DNA of 64,000 nucleotides, from the NCBI GenBank assembly GCA_045650745.1, contig JAZRRN010000049.1, forward strand, positions 128,138 to 192,137, given 5' to 3'. This document shows positions 62,829 through 64,000 of the stretch, in pieces (the stretch's first letter is position 1; every line of letters starts with the position of its first letter). The notes under the pieces are model-generated. The model was not told the DNA's origin. It searched no databases and was given only the letters and a program-made list of their open reading frames with translations. Origin of the DNA: Candidatus Caccovivens sp. Lineage in GTDB: Bacteria; Bacillota; Clostridia; Christensenellales; UBA1242. The position numbers were made by a program, and so were the translations under genes.

Positions 62829-64000
62829 ATGCAACAATACTCCACAAAAAGAGAAATATTAGAAAGAGCTCAACAATTAATAGGGATTCAATTTAAAGAC
62901 ATAGATACAAAAGGTATTTTATCTTCTGGCAAAGGTGCAATTGGAAATTTAATTCAAGAATGCTGGTTTAATATTCCTGTCAATAGCGACCCACGACCGG
63001 ATTTTATTGATGCAGGTATTGAGTTAAAAGCACACCCTTTTCGTTACAATAAAAAGGGAGAGGTTGTCGCAAAAGAAAGACTTGTCTGTGATATTATAAA
63101 TTACATGGAAGAATATAATAAAACATTTGAAACAAGTGCATTTTACTTGAAATGTCATGATATGTTATTACTTCCATATGAAGACAAAATTAATATAAGT
63201 AAAGAATATTTTTCAGTCGCAAAAGCTGTATTATTTTCTTTTCCTGAAGAAGATTTAAAAATAATAAGAGATGACTGGGCAAAAATTATATCTAAAATCA
63301 AGGCAGGAATTGCTGAACAAATATCTGAAGGTGATACTTTATATTTAGGAGCTTGCACAAAAGGTGCAAACGCAAATAGTTTAAGAAAACAACCTTTTTC
63401 TTCCGTTTTAGCAAAACAAAGAGCATATTGTTTAAAAACATCTTATATGACTTATGTTTTGCAAAACTACATCTTTGGAAATATTCAAAACGAAAGAATT
63501 ATTTCAGATGTTTCGCTATTACAAGATAAAACATTTGAACAATATGTCGTCGAACAAATAGATAAATATAAAAACTATTCAGTTGATGAACTATGTGAGT
63601 GTTTTGATATTGATAAAAGAAAACCTATAAAAAATAAAGAATCTATCTTGGCATTTAATATTCTCGGAGTAAAAAGCAATAAAGCTGAAGAATTCATAAA
63701 GGCAGGAATTAATGTAAAAACTATTCGATTAAACTATAACAATATGATTACTGAAAGTATGTCTTTTAGAACATTTAAGTTCAAAGAAATAGTTGACCAA
63801 AAATGGGAAGATTCAGATTTGCAAAATTATTTTTCTGAAACTAGGTTTTTATTTGTTATTTATAAGCAAGATGAGAAAGGTGTTTTAAGATTAAAAGGTT
63901 GCCAATTTTGGAATATGCCATATGATGATTTAGAGATTGAAATGAAACAAGTATGGGAGAAAACTAAACAAGTTATTTCTGATGGTTCGAGTTTTAGAAA
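62829..64000 (+). CDS. Type II restriction endonuclease, Sau3AI/MutH family (3'-partial, runs off window)
   Basis: This ORF is not in the ORF track because no stop lies in the window. The ATG at 62829 lies behind GAGGAGGA. My translation is MQQYSTKREILERAQQLIG...GKGAIGNLIQE...PDFIDAGIELKAHP...KERLVCDIINY...LSEGDTLYLGACTKGANANSLRKQPFS..AKQRAYCLKTSYM...ESMSFRTFKFKEIVDQKWEDS...ETRFLFVIYKQDEKG. These runs are collinear with Sau3AI as I remember it. Confidence 0.85.
   Translation, partial: MQQYSTKREILERAQQLIGIQFKDIDTKGILSSGKGAIGNLIQECWFNIPVNSDPRPDFIDAGIELKAHPFRYNKKGEVVAKERLVCDIINYMEEYNKTFETSAFYLKCHDMLLLPYEDKINISKEYFSVAKAVLFSFPEEDLKIIRDDWAKIISKIKAGIAEQISEGDTLYLGACTKGANANSLRKQPFSSVLAKQRAYCLKTSYMTYVLQNYIFGNIQNERIISDVSLLQDKTFEQYVVEQIDKYKNYSVDELCECFDIDKRKPIKNKESILAFNILGVKSNKAEEFIKAGINVKTIRLNYNNMITESMSFRTFKFKEIVDQKWEDSDLQNYFSETRFLFVIYKQDEKGVLRLKGCQFWNMPYDDLEIEMKQVWEKTKQVISDGSSFR

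Noticed and set aside
1-64000. CRISPR arrays, rRNA genes, transposases, integrases, prophage modules
   Set aside because: No regularly spaced direct repeats, no rRNA-like sequence and no recombinase or transposase motifs were seen in any ORF. The defence island therefore cannot be called a mobile element from this window.

Overview
Low-GC bacterial chromosome segment from a Bacillota/Mollicutes-like lineage. It uses the standard genetic code: Trp is TGG, and a TGA stop is confirmed by an ATGA stop/start overlap at 44178-44181. The taxon cannot be fixed from the sequence alone.

(1) nt 1-28046 is one uninterrupted reading frame of at least 9,347 codons, still open at the 5' window edge. It encodes a giant modular surface protein built from Listeria-Bacteroides (Flg_new) repeats plus MucBP-like and Ig-like modules. 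It ends in a C-terminal TM tail anchor with no LPXTG motif.

(2) 28.1-48.6 kb is a housekeeping block, mostly on the minus strand:
- a DapB-like oxidoreductase with a Cys/His tail
- tmk
- two adjacent genes with histone-H1-like Lys/Ala-rich N-termini
- ppa
- a PAP2-like membrane protein
- a membrane-tethered XRE regulator
- a GT8 glycosyltransferase
- an archaeal-type aspS-gatCAB operon
- malQ
- an S41-hpt-TIM-barrel-HAD-NDT-like operon
- tRNA-Arg(ACG)
- a beta-helix lipoprotein
- uvrC

(3) 48.7-58.0 kb holds an orphan polytopic membrane protein with an Arg/Ala-rich tail, GrpB, a DUF3841-like protein, and a 1,804-aa TM-anchored S8 protease-LRR-Ig surface protein.

(4) From about 59.2 kb to the window end is a markedly AT-richer defence island. 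It carries an AbiL-like AAA-ATPase + RloB pair and a Sau3AI-like (GATC) m5C restriction-modification system, whose REase runs off the 3' edge.

Most notable non-obvious signals:
- a ribosome-mediated attenuator upstream of aspS-gatCAB, whose 28-codon leader peptide has six consecutive Asn codons
- a G9/C9 homopolymer in the promoter spacer of the lipoprotein gene, a phase-variation candidate
- tandem ~2.2-2.45 kb super-modules inside the giant gene
- two apparently leaderless transcripts

No rRNA, CRISPR array, transposase or integrase was seen.
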